Counted from the whole stretch's first letter, positions 1 through 10,356 are shown. The stretch: DNA of 63,851 bases, filler included, from Actinomycetota bacterium (GCA_046725875.1; 4 parts of 4 records of this genome joined end to end with filler, not necessarily neighbours in it); one strand, 5' to 3'. Notes: a model not told the origin generated them from the letters alone. Program-made: numbers and translations.

Positions 1-1
1 C

Positions 2-175
2 CGCGGGAGCGGTGGGCCCGGCCGTGAGCGGGGCGATCGGGCCGAGCGTCAGGCCGGCCGGCAGCCGGCCGAGACGGCGACCGATGTCGCATCAAGAGCG
101 GGTGACTCTCCAGACCGCCCGGCCGGTGCACCAGCCGCCTCCACGGCTGGTGGCGAGCAGGAAACGGAGGGCTGA
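2..175 (+). CDS. rpsC: 30S ribosomal protein S3, C-terminal tail (5' partial)
   Basis: Open frame ending ...GGEQETEG* immediately before rplP; low-complexity R/G/A tail typical of actinobacterial S3; S10 operon position. Confidence 0.75.
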   Translation, partial: RGSGGPGRERGDRAERQAGRQPAETATDVASRAGDSPDRPAGAPAASTAGGEQETEG

Positions 176-178
176 CCG

Positions 179-592
179 ATGCTAATCCCACGGAAGATCA
201 AGCACCGCAAGCAGCACCATCCAGACCGCTCCGGACGGGCAAAGGGCGGCACGAAGGTCGCCTTCGGGGACTACGGCATCCAAGCGCTCGAGCCTGCATA
301 CGTCACGAACCGGCAGATCGAGTCGGCTCGTATAGCCATCAACCGGCACATTCGTCGTGGCGGAAAGGTGTGGATCAACATTTATCCCGACCGGCCGCTG
401 ACCAAGAAGCCGGCCGAGACGCGGATGGGCTCGGGCAAGGGCTCGCCGGAGTGGTGGATCGCGAACGTGAAGCCCGGCCGGATCATGTTCGAGTTGTCGT
501 TCCCGAACGAGAAGGTCGCGCGTGAGGCGCTCACCCGAGCCGCCCACAAGCTGCCGATGAAGAGCCGGATCGTCAAGCGTGAGGAGGCGTGA
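179..592 (+). CDS. rplP: 50S ribosomal protein L16
   Basis: [13 protein letters not shown]...[12 protein letters not shown] signature; operon order. Confidence 0.98.
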   Translation: MLIPRKIKHRKQHHPDRSGRAKGGTKVAFGDYGIQALEPAYVTNRQIESARIAINRHIRRGGKVWINIYPDRPLTKKPAETRMGSGKGSPEWWIANVKPGRIMFELSFPNEKVAREALTRAAHKLPMKSRIVKREEA

Positions 593-828
593 TGGCAATC
601 GGAACGAAGCCCAACGAGCTTCGGCTGCTTCCGCAGGACGAGCTGCTCGGCAAGCTGCGGGAGGCGAGGGAGGAGCTGTTCAACCTCCGCTTCCAGGCGG
701 CTACTGGGCAGCTCGAGAGCCACGGCCGGCTGCGGGCGGTGCGCCGGGACATCGCCCGCATCTACACGATCATGCGGGAGCGCGAGCTCGGCATCACGCC
801 GGTGGATACGGAGGAGGAGGCGTCATGA
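592..828 (+). CDS. rpmC: 50S ribosomal protein L29
   Basis: [15 protein letters not shown]...[14 protein letters not shown] overlap with rplP stop. Confidence 0.97.
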   Translation: MAIGTKPNELRLLPQDELLGKLREAREELFNLRFQAATGQLESHGRLRAVRRDIARIYTIMRERELGITPVDTEEEAS

Positions 829-1142
829 CCGAGGCCACCGGAGGTTCGATGAGCGACTCAGCCCCCTCGGCACTTGACACCGGCGAGGCCGCCCGCGGGG
901 CCCGCAAGGTCCGTGAAGGCCGGGTCGTGAGCGACAAGATGGACAAGACCGTTGTCGTGGCCGTCGAGGACCGGGTCAAGCACCCGCTCTACGGCAAGGT
1001 CATGCGCCGGACGAGCAAGCTGAAGGCGCACGATGAGCAGAACCAGTGCGGCATCGGCGACCGCGTCCTTCTCATGGAGACCAGGCCCCGCTCGGCGACC
1101 AAGCGGTGGCGGGTCGTCGAGATCCTCGAGAAGGCCAAGTGA
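825..1142 (+). CDS. rpsQ: 30S ribosomal protein S17
   Basis: [14 protein letters not shown]...HPLYGK...ETRP.SATKRW; ATGA overlap with rpmC and GGAGG SD. Confidence 0.97.
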   Translation: MTEATGGSMSDSAPSALDTGEAARGARKVREGRVVSDKMDKTVVVAVEDRVKHPLYGKVMRRTSKLKAHDEQNQCGIGDRVLLMETRPRSATKRWRVVEILEKAK

Positions 1143-1208
1143 CGAATCCGAGAAAGCGAGCATTCGTCACTTGGCGAGCAAGGCAGCCGAGCGGCGTTTA
1201 GCCGCTCG
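1134..1208 (+). terminator. two hairpins at the S10/spc operon junction (terminator or processing site)
   Basis: Perfect 14-bp inverted repeat GCCAAGTGACGAAT (1134-1147) / ATTCGTCACTTGGC (1162-1175), then CGAGCGGC/GCCGCTCG hairpin (1188-1208). Confidence 0.45.
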
Positions 1209-1226
1209 TCGAAATAGGAGTCTGAA

Positions 1227-1595
1227 GTGATCCAGCAGGAGTCGCGACTACGGGTCGCCGACAACACGGGTGCCAAGGAGCTGTTGTGCATCCGCGTGCT
1301 CGGCGGCTCCGGCCGACGGTACGCGGGAATCGGTGACGTCATCGTCGCGACCGTCAAGGACGCCATCCCTGGCGGCAGCGTCAAGAAGGGCGAGGTCGTC
1401 AAGGCCGTCATCGTGCGGACCAAGAAAGAGCGGCGCCGCGTCGACGGCTCATATATCCGTTTCGACGAGAACGCAGCGGTTCTGATCAGGGACGGCGGTG
1501 ATCCACGCGGTACCCGTATCTTCGGGCCGGTCGGCCGCGAGCTGCGGGAGAAGCGGTTCATGCGCATCATCTCGCTCGCCCCGGAGGTGCTTTGA
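1227..1595 (+). CDS. rplN: 50S ribosomal protein L14
   Basis: [17 protein letters not shown]...IISLAPEVL. Confidence 0.98.
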   Translation: MIQQESRLRVADNTGAKELLCIRVLGGSGRRYAGIGDVIVATVKDAIPGGSVKKGEVVKAVIVRTKKERRRVDGSYIRFDENAAVLIRDGGDPRGTRIFGPVGRELREKRFMRIISLAPEVL

Positions 1596-1596
1596 C

Positions 1597-1938
1597 ATGA
1601 AGATCAAGAAGGGTGACACGGTGGTTGTGATCGCAGGCGGCGACAAGGGCGCCGAGGGCAAGGTGATCTCGGTGGACCCGAAGAAGCAGCGGGTGCTGGT
1701 GGAGGGCGTGAACATGGTCAAGCGTCACACCAAAGTCACCCAGACCACCCGCGGCGCGAAGACCGGCGGGATCATGACCCAGGAGTCGTCGATTCACATC
1801 AGCAACGTGATGATCGTCGACGACGAGACGAAGAAGCCCGCCCGGATCGGCTATCGCAAGGAGGCGCACGCCATCGAGGGCAGTCGCGAGAAGGTACGCA
1901 AGATTCGCACGTCGAAGCGGAGCGGTAAGGACATCTGA
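1597..1938 (+). CDS. rplX: 50S ribosomal protein L24
   Basis: [21 protein letters not shown] motif, IHISNV; ATG at 1597. Confidence 0.97.
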   Translation: MKIKKGDTVVVIAGGDKGAEGKVISVDPKKQRVLVEGVNMVKRHTKVTQTTRGAKTGGIMTQESSIHISNVMIVDDETKKPARIGYRKEAHAIEGSREKVRKIRTSKRSGKDI

Positions 1939-2528
1939 TGACAGCGACGACCGCAGAGCGCCCCACCGGTGCCGGTCCACGGACCCGGCCCCGGCTGAAG
2001 CAGCGCTATCTCGACGAGATCTTGCCGCAGCTACGCACCGAGTTCGGCTACAAGAACGTGATGCAGGTACCGACGGTCACCAAGATCGTGGTGAACATGG
2101 GTGTCGGCGAGGCGGCCCGCGACTCGAAGTTGATGGAGGGCGCGATCCGCGATCTTGCCGCGATCACCGGCCAGCGGCCCGCCGTGACCCGGGCCCGCAA
2201 GTCGATCGCGCAATTCAAGCTGCGCGAGGGCATGCCGATCGGCGCGCACGCAACGCTGCGCGGCGACCGCATGTGGGAGTTCCTTGACCGGCTTCTGAGC
2301 ATCGCACTCCCGCGCATCCGCGACTTCCGCGGGCTCTCACCGAGGCAGTTCGACGGCAAGGGCAACTACACCTTCGGACTGACTGAGCAGAGCATGTTTC
2401 ACGAGGTGAATCCCGACACCGTCGATCGGGTGCGCGGCATGGACGTGACGCTCGTGACCACCGCCAAAACCAACGACGAGGGCCGGGCGCTCCTGCGCCA
2501 CCTCGGATTTCCGTTTAGGGAGAGCTGA
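1938..2528 (+). CDS. rplE: 50S ribosomal protein L5
   Basis: [11 protein letters not shown]...LPRIRDFRG...[10 protein letters not shown]. Confidence 0.98.
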   Translation: MTATTAERPTGAGPRTRPRLKQRYLDEILPQLRTEFGYKNVMQVPTVTKIVVNMGVGEAARDSKLMEGAIRDLAAITGQRPAVTRARKSIAQFKLREGMPIGAHATLRGDRMWEFLDRLLSIALPRIRDFRGLSPRQFDGKGNYTFGLTEQSMFHEVNPDTVDRVRGMDVTLVTTAKTNDEGRALLRHLGFPFRES

Positions 2529-2529
2529 C

Positions 2530-2715
2530 GTGGCGAAGAAGTCGCTGATCGCGAAGGCCGCGCGCAAGCCAAAATTCAAGGTGCAGGGGTACACCCGCTG
2601 CCAGCGGTGCGGTCGGCCTCGATCGGTGTATCGCAAGTTCGGGCTGTGCCGGATCTGCCTGCGCGAGCTGGCTCACCGCGGTGAGCTCCCCGGCGTCACC
2701 AAGTCAAGCTGGTAG
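2530..2715 (+). CDS. rpsN: 30S ribosomal protein S14, type Z (zinc-binding)
   Basis: 61 aa, RCQRCGRPR...GLCRICLRE. Confidence 0.97.
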   Translation: MAKKSLIAKAARKPKFKVQGYTRCQRCGRPRSVYRKFGLCRICLRELAHRGELPGVTKSSW

Positions 2716-2752
2716 GCACCGGCACCCCCCGGCACCCCCCGGCACCCCACCC
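2716..2752. repeat. 10-bp tandem repeat GGCACCCCCC (about 3.5 copies)
   Basis: GCACC GGCACCCCCC GGCACCCCCC GGCACCCCAC CC directly after rpsN stop. Confidence 0.9.
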
Positions 2753-2798
2753 GGTGGCTGGGGTAGGCGAAAACTAAATAGACCAAGGAAGAACGCTG

Positions 2799-2845
2799 TT
2801 CGCCGTAGGTCCGCTTAGGACGAGTGGAAACCGCGGCGGGAAAGA
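2799..2845 (+). promoter_or_regulatory. candidate uS8-binding leader hairpin upstream of rpsH
   Basis: CGCCGU-A-GGU-CCGCUU...GAGUGG-AA-ACC-GCGGCG stem with bulged A residues resembling the 16S helix 21 uS8 site; abuts the rpsH SD. Confidence 0.5.
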
Positions 2846-2858
2846 GGGCCCGTAGGCC

Positions 2859-3257
2859 ATGACGATGACAGACCCGATAGCAGACATGCTGACCCGTCTG
2901 CGCAACGCCAACTCGGCATACCACGACGACGTGTCGATGCCGTACAGCAAAATCAAGTCGCACATCGCGGAAATCCTCCAGCAGGAGGGCTACATCGCGA
3001 GTTGGAAGGTCGAGGACGCCGACGTAGGCAAGAACCTGACTATTCATCTCAAGTACGGCCCGAACCGCGAGCGCTCGATCGCCGGCCTGCGCCGGGTCTC
3101 CAAGCCTGGCCTTCGGGTGTACGCGAAGTCGACCGGGCTGCCAAAGGTCCTCGGCGGGCTTGGTGTCGCGATCATCTCGACATCGTCCGGTCTGCTGACC
3201 GACAGGCAGGCCGCCAAGAGGGGCGTGGGCGGGGAAGTGCTCGCCTACGTCTGGTAG
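2859..3257 (+). CDS. rpsH: 30S ribosomal protein S8
   Basis: [16 protein letters not shown]...SKPGLRVY...GGEVLAYVW. Confidence 0.98.
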   Translation: MTMTDPIADMLTRLRNANSAYHDDVSMPYSKIKSHIAEILQQEGYIASWKVEDADVGKNLTIHLKYGPNRERSIAGLRRVSKPGLRVYAKSTGLPKVLGGLGVAIISTSSGLLTDRQAAKRGVGGEVLAYVW

Positions 3258-3274
3258 GGGAAGGAGGCAGCACC

Positions 3275-3811
3275 ATGTCGCGTATCGGACGCATGCCCAT
3301 TCCCGTGCCCGCTGGCGTCGAGGTCTCCATCACTGGGAACGAGGTCACGGTCACCGGACCGAGGGGCAGGCTGTCGCACACCGTCGCCGCTCCCATCGAG
3401 GTGATCCGGGAGGACGGCGCACTGTTGGTGAAGCGGCCGGACGACGAGCGGCGCAACCGCCAGCTCCACGGGCTCACCCGCAGTCTTGTCGCCAACATGG
3501 TCACGGGCGTGACTCAGGGATACCAGAAGACCCTGGAGATCCAGGGCATCGGCTACCGGGTAGTGGCGAGGGGATCGGCACTCGAGTTCTCCCTGGGCTT
3601 CAGCCACCCGGTCGTCGTGGAGGCGCCGGATGGCATCACCTTTCAGGTGGACACGCCGACGCGGTTTCAGGTACAGGGCATCGACAAGCAGCTGGTCGGC
3701 GAGATCGCTGCCAAGATCCGCAAGCTGCGCAAGCCGGACCCGTACAAGGGCAAGGGTGTGCGCTACCAGGGCGAGATCATCCGCCGCAAGGTCGGAAAGG
3801 CTGGTAAGTAG
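3275..3811 (+). CDS. rplF: 50S ribosomal protein L6
   Basis: MSRIGRMPI...[19 protein letters not shown] before ATG 3275. Confidence 0.98.
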   Translation: MSRIGRMPIPVPAGVEVSITGNEVTVTGPRGRLSHTVAAPIEVIREDGALLVKRPDDERRNRQLHGLTRSLVANMVTGVTQGYQKTLEIQGIGYRVVARGSALEFSLGFSHPVVVEAPDGITFQVDTPTRFQVQGIDKQLVGEIAAKIRKLRKPDPYKGKGVRYQGEIIRRKVGKAGK

Positions 3812-3814
3812 GTC

Positions 3815-4198
3815 ATGGCTGTCGGTGTGAAGATCGGCAAGGCCGGGAGCGCGAAGCGCACCGCCCGGCAGCGCCGCCATTTGCGGGTACGGAAGAAGGT
3901 CGCAGGCACGTCGACCATGCCTAGGCTCGTCGTGTCCCGCTCGGCAAGGCACATCGTCGTGCAGCTGGTAGACGACTCGGCTGGGCGTACTGTTGTCTCC
4001 GCCTCCTCGATGGACGCGACCATCCGCAGCGGGGAAGGGGACAAGTCCGCTCGGGCCCGCGAGGTAGGCACGCTCGTGGCGGAGCGGGCCAAGGCCGCTG
4101 GCCTCTCCTCGGTCGTGTTCGACCGGGGCGGCTACCGGTATCACGGCCGGGTCGCGGCTCTCGCCGAAGGCGCCCGCGAGGCGGGCCTGGAATTCTGA
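3815..4198 (+). CDS. rplR: 50S ribosomal protein L18
   Basis: PRLVVSRS...[14 protein letters not shown]...AREAGLEF. Confidence 0.97.
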   Translation: MAVGVKIGKAGSAKRTARQRRHLRVRKKVAGTSTMPRLVVSRSARHIVVQLVDDSAGRTVVSASSMDATIRSGEGDKSARAREVGTLVAERAKAAGLSSVVFDRGGYRYHGRVAALAEGAREAGLEF

Positions 4199-4229
4199 TG
4201 ACGATTTCGATCAAGACAAGGAAACTCTG

Positions 4230-4826
4230 ATGCCAGGAGCTCAGCGCCGCGGTGGCGGCGGTGAACGGCGGGACCGTCGCGGCGACGGCCGCCGCGAGGG
4301 CGCCGCGGAGAAGACCGCGTACGTCGAGCGCGTGGTCGCCATCAACCGGGTTGCGAAGGTCGTCCAAGGTGGCCGTCGATTCAGCTTTACCGCGCTCGTC
4401 GTCGTTGGCGACGGCGACGGCACAGTGGGGGTCGGCTACGGCAAGGCGAAGGAGGTGCCGGCCGCCATCGCCAAGGGTGTCGAGGAGGCCAAGAAGCATT
4501 TCTTCAAGGTGCCGCGCATCCAGGGAACGATCCCGCACCCCGTCCAAGGTGAAGAGGCAGCCGGTGTCGTGCTGCTGAAGCCGGCGTCACCAGGTACTGG
4601 CGTCATCGCCGGCGGCCCAGTACGCGCCGTCCTCGAGTGCGCCGGCATCCATGACGTACTGTCGAAGTCGCTCGGCTCGGCCAACGCCATCAACATCGTC
4701 CACGCGACCGTCAAGGCGCTCAAGCAGCTCGAGCGGCCGGAGTCGGTGGCGGCTCGGCGCGGCCTCCCGCTCGAAGATGTCGCACCGCCGCCCCTGTTGC
4801 GGGCCCGGGCCGGGGCGGGTGCGTGA
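4230..4826 (+). CDS. rpsE: 30S ribosomal protein S5
   Basis: [16 protein letters not shown]...GTGVIAGG. Confidence 0.98.
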   Translation: MPGAQRRGGGGERRDRRGDGRREGAAEKTAYVERVVAINRVAKVVQGGRRFSFTALVVVGDGDGTVGVGYGKAKEVPAAIAKGVEEAKKHFFKVPRIQGTIPHPVQGEEAAGVVLLKPASPGTGVIAGGPVRAVLECAGIHDVLSKSLGSANAINIVHATVKALKQLERPESVAARRGLPLEDVAPPPLLRARAGAGA

Positions 4827-5008
4827 TGGCGAGGCTCAAGGTCACCCAGACGAGGTCTGGGATCGGCGGTAAGAAGAACCAGCGTGAGACCCTGCGTACG
4901 CTCGGTCTCAAGCACGTCGGCGACGTGGTCGTGAAGGAGGACCGTCCGGAGATCCGCGGGATGGTCAGGATGGTGTCGCACCTCGTCACCGTGGAGGAGG
5001 TCGACTAG
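4826..5008 (+). CDS. rpmD: 50S ribosomal protein L30
   Basis: [14 protein letters not shown]...TLRTLGL...IRGMV. Confidence 0.96.
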   Translation: MARLKVTQTRSGIGGKKNQRETLRTLGLKHVGDVVVKEDRPEIRGMVRMVSHLVTVEEVD

Positions 5009-5010
5009 TC

Positions 5011-5454
5011 ATGGCCCTCAAGGTCCATCATCTGCGCCCGGCTCCTGGCGCCCACACCACGAAGACCCGAGTAGGCCGGGGCGAGGCTGGGGCGAAGGGC
5101 AAGACTGCGGGTCGCGGTACTAAGGGGTCGAAGGCCCGCGACCGAATGCCCGAACGGTTCGAGGGCGGCCAGATGCCGCTGCACATGCGGCTGCCAAAGC
5201 TGAAGGGATTCAGGAACCCGTTCCGCGTTGAGTATCAGGTCGTCAACCTCGACAGGCTCGCCGCCCTCTACCCGGAGGGTGGCGAGGTCACGGTCGACAG
5301 CCTGGCCGGCAAGGGCGTGGTTCGTCGTGGCCGGCCGGTGAAGGTACTCGGCACCGGTGAGGTGACGGTTGCGCTCCAGGTCAGCGCGAACGCGTTCTCG
5401 GCCGCGGCCAAGGAGAAGATCGCCGCGGCTGGCGGTACCACCACCGAGATCTAA
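5011..5454 (+). CDS. rplO: 50S ribosomal protein L15
   Basis: RVGRG...[10 protein letters not shown]...[12 protein letters not shown]. Confidence 0.98.
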   Translation: MALKVHHLRPAPGAHTTKTRVGRGEAGAKGKTAGRGTKGSKARDRMPERFEGGQMPLHMRLPKLKGFRNPFRVEYQVVNLDRLAALYPEGGEVTVDSLAGKGVVRRGRPVKVLGTGEVTVALQVSANAFSAAAKEKIAAAGGTTTEI

Positions 5455-5629
5455 GGCACACCACGACCTCCGGCTATGGCCCACCCCGGACGTAATGGCA
5501 GCGATCAAAACTTCGTGGGGTGGCAAGGATCAGGTATTGTCCGTGTGCGTCTGGTGCGACAAAGTCCGCCGACACGACTAACCGACGACAAGCCCCGCCC
5601 GCCGCGCGGGCGGTTGCGCAGGAGGAACA

Positions 5630-6937
5630 GTGCTATCCGCGTTCGTCCGGGCATTCCGCACGCCCGACCTGCGCCGAAAGCTGCTCTTCGTTGCTGGCAT
5701 GATCGCGCTGTTCCGGCTGGGATCGGCGGTGCCGACTCCAGGAGTGGACACCGGTGCCATCAACACCTGTCTCCAGCCGCTGCTGGACCAGGGCGGCATC
5801 TACGGCCTGATCAACCTCTTCAGCGGCGGTGCGTTGCTGCAGCTGTCGGTGTTCGCCCTCGGCATCATGCCGTACATCACGGCGAGCATCATCCTGCAGC
5901 TGCTGACCGTGGTGATCCCCCGCCTGGAAGCCCTCAAGAAGGAGGGCCAGGCCGGCACGGCGAAGATCACCCAGTACACCCGCTACCTGACCGTCGGCCT
6001 GGCCATCCTGCAGTCGACGAGCATCATCGCGATCGCGAACGAACCAGGCCGTTTGCTGCAGGGGTGCCAGGAGCCGCTGATCAGGGATGTCGGCTTCTTC
6101 GGCATTGTGACGATGGTCTTCGTCATGACCGCGGGCACTGCCGTGATCATGTGGCTCGGCGAGCTCATTACCGACCGGGGCATCGGCAACGGTATGTCGA
6201 TCCTGATCTTCACCCAGATCGCCGCGACCTTCCCGCAGTCCCTGTGGGCGATCAAACTGTCCGAGGGCTGGAGCTCGTTCCTGATCGTGATGGTTGTCGG
6301 CCTCTCGATCGTCGCTGCAGTGATCTTCATCGAGCAGTCCCAGCGTCGCATCCCGGTCCAGTACGCGAAGCGGATGGTCGGGCGACGCATGTACGGCGGG
6401 ACCTCGACATATATCCCGATGAAGGTGAACCAGGCCGGCGTCATACCAGTGATCTTCGCATCGTCGCTGCTCTACTTGCCGGCGCTCGCGTCCCAGCTGG
6501 TACAGGATCAGACGTCCGGCTGGTCGGGCTGGGTGCAGGAGCACTTTGTTCGTGGCGATCATCCGATCTACATCATCGCCTTCTTCGCGCTGATCGTGTT
6601 CTTCACCTACTTCTGGGTGAGCATCGCGTTCAACCCGACCGAGATCGCCGACAACATGAAGAAGTACGGCGGCTTTATTCCCGGCATTCGGGCGGGCCGG
6701 CCGACGGCTGAGTATCTGTCGTACGTCTCCAGCCGGATCACGTTCCCCGGCTCGCTCTACCTTGGCCTCGTTGCGGTCATCCCGATGTTCGCCATCGCGA
6801 TCTTTGGGAGCAGCGTGAGCCAGCGGTTCCCGTTCGGCGGCACCAGCATCCTGATCATCGTTGGCGTCGGGCTCGAGACGGTGAAGCAGATCGAGAGCCA
6901 GCTCCAGCAGCGTAACTACGAGGGCTTCCTGCGGTAG
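5630..6937 (+). CDS. secY: preprotein translocase subunit SecY
   Basis: [42 protein letters not shown] motifs; AGGAGG SD. Confidence 0.98.
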   Translation: MLSAFVRAFRTPDLRRKLLFVAGMIALFRLGSAVPTPGVDTGAINTCLQPLLDQGGIYGLINLFSGGALLQLSVFALGIMPYITASIILQLLTVVIPRLEALKKEGQAGTAKITQYTRYLTVGLAILQSTSIIAIANEPGRLLQGCQEPLIRDVGFFGIVTMVFVMTAGTAVIMWLGELITDRGIGNGMSILIFTQIAATFPQSLWAIKLSEGWSSFLIVMVVGLSIVAAVIFIEQSQRRIPVQYAKRMVGRRMYGGTSTYIPMKVNQAGVIPVIFASSLLYLPALASQLVQDQTSGWSGWVQEHFVRGDHPIYIIAFFALIVFFTYFWVSIAFNPTEIADNMKKYGGFIPGIRAGRPTAEYLSYVSSRITFPGSLYLGLVAVIPMFAIAIFGSSVSQRFPFGGTSILIIVGVGLETVKQIESQLQQRNYEGFLR

Positions 6938-7590
6938 TGCACATCGTCCTCGTCGGGCCACCGGGCGCGGGGAAGGGGACCCAGGCCCAGTTCATCGCCT
7001 CCCACCTGTCGATCCCCAAGATTTCGACGGGAGAGATCTTCCGCACGAACGTGAGCCAGGGCACCGAGCTCGGGACGGAGGCCAAAGCCTACATGGACCG
7101 CGGCGACCTGGTGCCGGACTCGGTGACGATCGCGATGGTCCGGGATCGGCTGGCGGAGGGGGACACCAGGGACGGCTTTCTCCTCGACGGCTTCCCGCGC
7201 ACCCTCACGCAGGGGAAGGCCCTCGACGAGATGCTCGATGACATGGGCACGAAGCTCGACGTGGTGCTCGAGCTGGTCGTCGACGACGACGAGGTGGTAC
7301 GGAGGCTGTCCGGACGGCGAACCTGCCGCGTCTGCGGCCGGGTGTGGCATCTGGATTTCGACCCACCGAGCCGCGAAGGCATCTGCGACCAGTGCGGCGG
7401 AGAGCTGTTCCAGCGTGACGACGATCGCGAGGAAACCGTCCGGCACCGGCTCGAGGTGTACGCCGAGCAGACTGCACCGCTGATCGACTTCTATGCGGAC
7501 AAGGGCAGCCTCGTGGGCGTGGACGCCACGGGCCCGGTGGAAGACGTGACCGAACGAGCCATCAACGCGCTCATGCGGTTCACCGGCTGA
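6937..7590 (+). CDS. adk: adenylate kinase (zinc-lid type)
   Basis: [11 protein letters not shown]-loop, LDGFPR, lid CRVC...CDQC. Confidence 0.97.
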   Translation: MHIVLVGPPGAGKGTQAQFIASHLSIPKISTGEIFRTNVSQGTELGTEAKAYMDRGDLVPDSVTIAMVRDRLAEGDTRDGFLLDGFPRTLTQGKALDEMLDDMGTKLDVVLELVVDDDEVVRRLSGRRTCRVCGRVWHLDFDPPSREGICDQCGGELFQRDDDREETVRHRLEVYAEQTAPLIDFYADKGSLVGVDATGPVEDVTERAINALMRFTG

Positions 7591-7711
7591 CACCGAGAGA
7601 AACTGGTCGCATGAACGGCACTTTCGCCTCGGCAGAAGGGACCCTAGCTCCAATCTTGTTGGAGGAAGGTGCCGTTCTACCGGTTACGCCGGAGAATGCC
7701 GTGGGGAGCAC

Positions 7712-8509
7712 ATGATCGAGCTGAAGACCGAGGCGCAGATCGCAAAGATGCGGGAGGCGGGACTCGTCGTGGCGCGAACTCTCGAACTCCTGCGTGCCGC
7801 GGTCGCCCCCGGTGTCACCACGGCCCACCTCGATGCGATCGCCGAACGCAGCATCGCTGGGAGCGGGGCGATCTCCTCGTTCAAGGGTTACCACGGCTAC
7901 CCGGCGACGATCTGCACCTCGGTGAACGACGAGATCGTCCACGGCATCCCCAGCCAACGGGTGCTTCGGGAAGGCGACGTGCTCTCCATCGACTGCGGGG
8001 CAATCGTGGACGGCTGGCATGGCGACTCGGCGATCACAGTTCCGGTGGGGGATGTGCCGGACCAGTTCACCCGCCTGATCGAGGTGTGCGAGGAGGCGCT
8101 GTGGCGGGGGCTGGCCGCGGCCACGCTGGGTGGCCGGCTCACCGACATCTCGCACGCCGTCGAGTCGTACGTCGGAAGCTCCGGGCGGTACGGCATTATC
8201 CAGGAGTACGTGGGCCACGGGATCGGCTCGGACATGCACCAAGATCCGCCGGTGCCGAACTACGGACGGACGGGGCACGGTCCGAGGCTCGTGAAGGGTC
8301 TGGCGCTGGCCGTTGAGCCGATGATCACCCTCGGCACGCGGCATACCCGCGTGCTCGCCGATGACTGGACCGTGGTCACCACCGACGGGTCCTATGCCGC
8401 GCACTTCGAGCACACCGTGACCATGACCGAGGACGGTCCATGGGTCCTCACCGCTCTCGACGGCGGCCGGGCCAAGCTGGCCCACCTCGCCGCCGCAGCC
8501 ACCGGCTGA
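7712..8509 (+). CDS. map: type I methionine aminopeptidase
   Basis: CTSVNDEIVHGIP, GHGIG..MHQDP, AVEPM, AHFEHT. Confidence 0.97.
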   Translation: MIELKTEAQIAKMREAGLVVARTLELLRAAVAPGVTTAHLDAIAERSIAGSGAISSFKGYHGYPATICTSVNDEIVHGIPSQRVLREGDVLSIDCGAIVDGWHGDSAITVPVGDVPDQFTRLIEVCEEALWRGLAAATLGGRLTDISHAVESYVGSSGRYGIIQEYVGHGIGSDMHQDPPVPNYGRTGHGPRLVKGLALAVEPMITLGTRHTRVLADDWTVVTTDGSYAAHFEHTVTMTEDGPWVLTALDGGRAKLAHLAAAATG

Positions 8510-8600
8510 CGAGGCTGCCGCCCCGCGCCGACGAAAGCGCGGCGGCGATCGGTGGCGTCCCCAACGCCCTTCCGGGCGGCGCAGGCGTCCCGCCCTCCAT

Positions 8601-8691
8601 GGGTTGATCCGTCAAGCGGATCAACCCGGAGCTTGACGTCTCGTATTCGGTGCGCTCCGCTCGGATTTCGTGCGGTTGGCGGATCAAATCG
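8601..8691. repeat. about 91-bp REP/MITE-like element with terminal inverted repeats (copy 1)
   Basis: Ends TTGATCCGTCAAGCG ... CGGTTGGCGGATCAA; homologous to 51301-51392. Confidence 0.7.
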
Positions 8692-8959
8692 GCAGACAGG
8701 AGGTGGCGCAGTAGCGGCGCATAGCCGACCAACCGCGTAGGCCTTGCGACACCGCCGGGCCCGATTGGCGGCTGGGCTGCGTTCTGGCGTACACTTTGAC
8801 CTCGGTTCACTACGGCCCTCGTCGTCAGCACCCTGCGGCTGGTTTCTGGTGCTTAAGCGGCGGGGCTTCCTGTGTGCCGTTGCCACGGATCCATGATCGA
8901 CGACCCTCGGTCGGTGCGGGATCGGGCAGCAGACCCAACCAATGTCCACGCGGAGGGAC

Positions 8960-9181
8960 ATGCCCAAGAAAGAGGGTGCCATCGAGATCGAGGGCACCGT
9001 CGTCGAGAGCCTCCCGAATGCGATGTTCCGGGTGGAGCTCGCGAACGGGCACAAGGTTCTTGCGCATATCAGCGGGAAGATGCGGATGCACTACATCCGG
9101 ATCCTGCCGGACGACCGAGTCGTCGTCGAGCTGAGTCCGTACGACCTGAGCCGTGGGCGGATCGTTTACCGATACAAATGA
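8960..9181 (+). CDS. infA: translation initiation factor IF-1
   Basis: [12 protein letters not shown]...[13 protein letters not shown]...[14 protein letters not shown]. Confidence 0.98.
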   Translation: MPKKEGAIEIEGTVVESLPNAMFRVELANGHKVLAHISGKMRMHYIRILPDDRVVVELSPYDLSRGRIVYRYK

Positions 9182-9288
9182 GGACGTCCGGCAGTACCGG
9201 ACGGACGGGACGTCTGATGGCCGGGGCTCGACCCCCCGCCTCGACCTGACGTCGCGTGGCAACGTGAGAAGACGTCCTGGAGAACGCA

Positions 9289-9402
9289 ATGAAGGTCAAG
9301 CCGAGCGTCAAGAAGATTTGTGACAAGTGCAAGGTGATCCGCCGGCATGGGCGGGTCATGGTCATCTGCGAGAACCCCAGGCACAAGCAGCGCCAGGGCT
9401 GA
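9289..9402 (+). CDS. rpmJ: 50S ribosomal protein L36 (absent from the ORF track)
   Basis: Hand translation [37 protein letters not shown]. Confidence 0.98.
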   Translation: MKVKPSVKKICDKCKVIRRHGRVMVICENPRHKQRQG

Positions 9403-9423
9403 CACAACAGGAGCATCGCCACG

Positions 9424-9804
9424 ATGGCACGCCTCGTCGGAGTCGACCTGCCGCGGGACAAGCGGCTCGAGGTCGCGCTGACCTATATCTACGGCATCGG
9501 TCGCAGCCGCGCCCTGCAGACGCTGGAGGCGACTGGTGTGTCCCCGGACCTGCGGGTCCACGACCTCTCTGACGAGGATCTGGTCAAACTGCGCGACTGG
9601 ATCGAATCGAGCTACCGGATCGAGGGTGACCTGCGCCGCGAGGTGCAGTCGGACATCCGGCGCAAGGTCGAGATCGGCGCTTATCAGGGTCTGCGACACC
9701 GCCGCGGTCTGCCCGTGAACGGCCAGCGGACGCACACCAATGCGCGCTCGAGGAAAGGTCCGCGTAAGGCGATCGCCGGCAAGAAGAAGCCTGGCAAGAA
9801 GTAG
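9424..9804 (+). CDS. rpsM: 30S ribosomal protein S13
   Basis: [10 protein letters not shown]...ALTYIYGIG...[14 protein letters not shown]. Confidence 0.98.
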   Translation: MARLVGVDLPRDKRLEVALTYIYGIGRSRALQTLEATGVSPDLRVHDLSDEDLVKLRDWIESSYRIEGDLRREVQSDIRRKVEIGAYQGLRHRRGLPVNGQRTHTNARSRKGPRKAIAGKKKPGKK

Positions 9805-9930
9805 GCCCGCGGGGGAAGACTCGAATCCCCCGGCGGCGCCGAGAGTACCGATGCCGGCGGGCAAGTCCATGGCCACGCGCCAGGCATACACCGACGTTAG
9901 AGAGCACAAGGACCAAGAGAGACCAGCCGA

Positions 9931-10335
9931 ATGCCTCCGAGAAGCCGTCAGGCGGCCGCGAAGAAGGTCCGCCGCAAGGAGCGGAAGAACGTGGCCCACG
10001 GCCACGCGCACATCAAAAGCACCTTCAATAACACGATCATCTCGATCACCGACCCCGCTGGCGCGGTGATCTCGTGGGCCAGCGCCGGCCAGGTCGGCTT
10101 CAAGGGCTCTCGCAAGTCGACCCCGTACGCCGCTCAGATGGCGGCCGAGGCGGCGGCCCGACGCGCGCAGGAGCACGGCATGCGCAAGGTCGATGTCTTC
10201 GTCAAGGGTCCCGGCTCCGGCCGGGAGACCGCGATCCGATCCCTGCAGGCCGTCGGCCTCGAGGTCGGTTCGATCCAGGATGTCACTCCGGTCCCGCACA
10301 ATGGTCCGCGTCCGCCGAAGCGGCGCCGAGTCTGA
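9931..10335 (+). CDS. rpsK: 30S ribosomal protein S11
   Basis: [37 protein letters not shown]. Confidence 0.98.
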   Translation: MPPRSRQAAAKKVRRKERKNVAHGHAHIKSTFNNTIISITDPAGAVISWASAGQVGFKGSRKSTPYAAQMAAEAAARRAQEHGMRKVDVFVKGPGSGRETAIRSLQAVGLEVGSIQDVTPVPHNGPRPPKRRRV

Positions 10336-10356
10336 GGTAGGGAGAGAACGAGAGAC

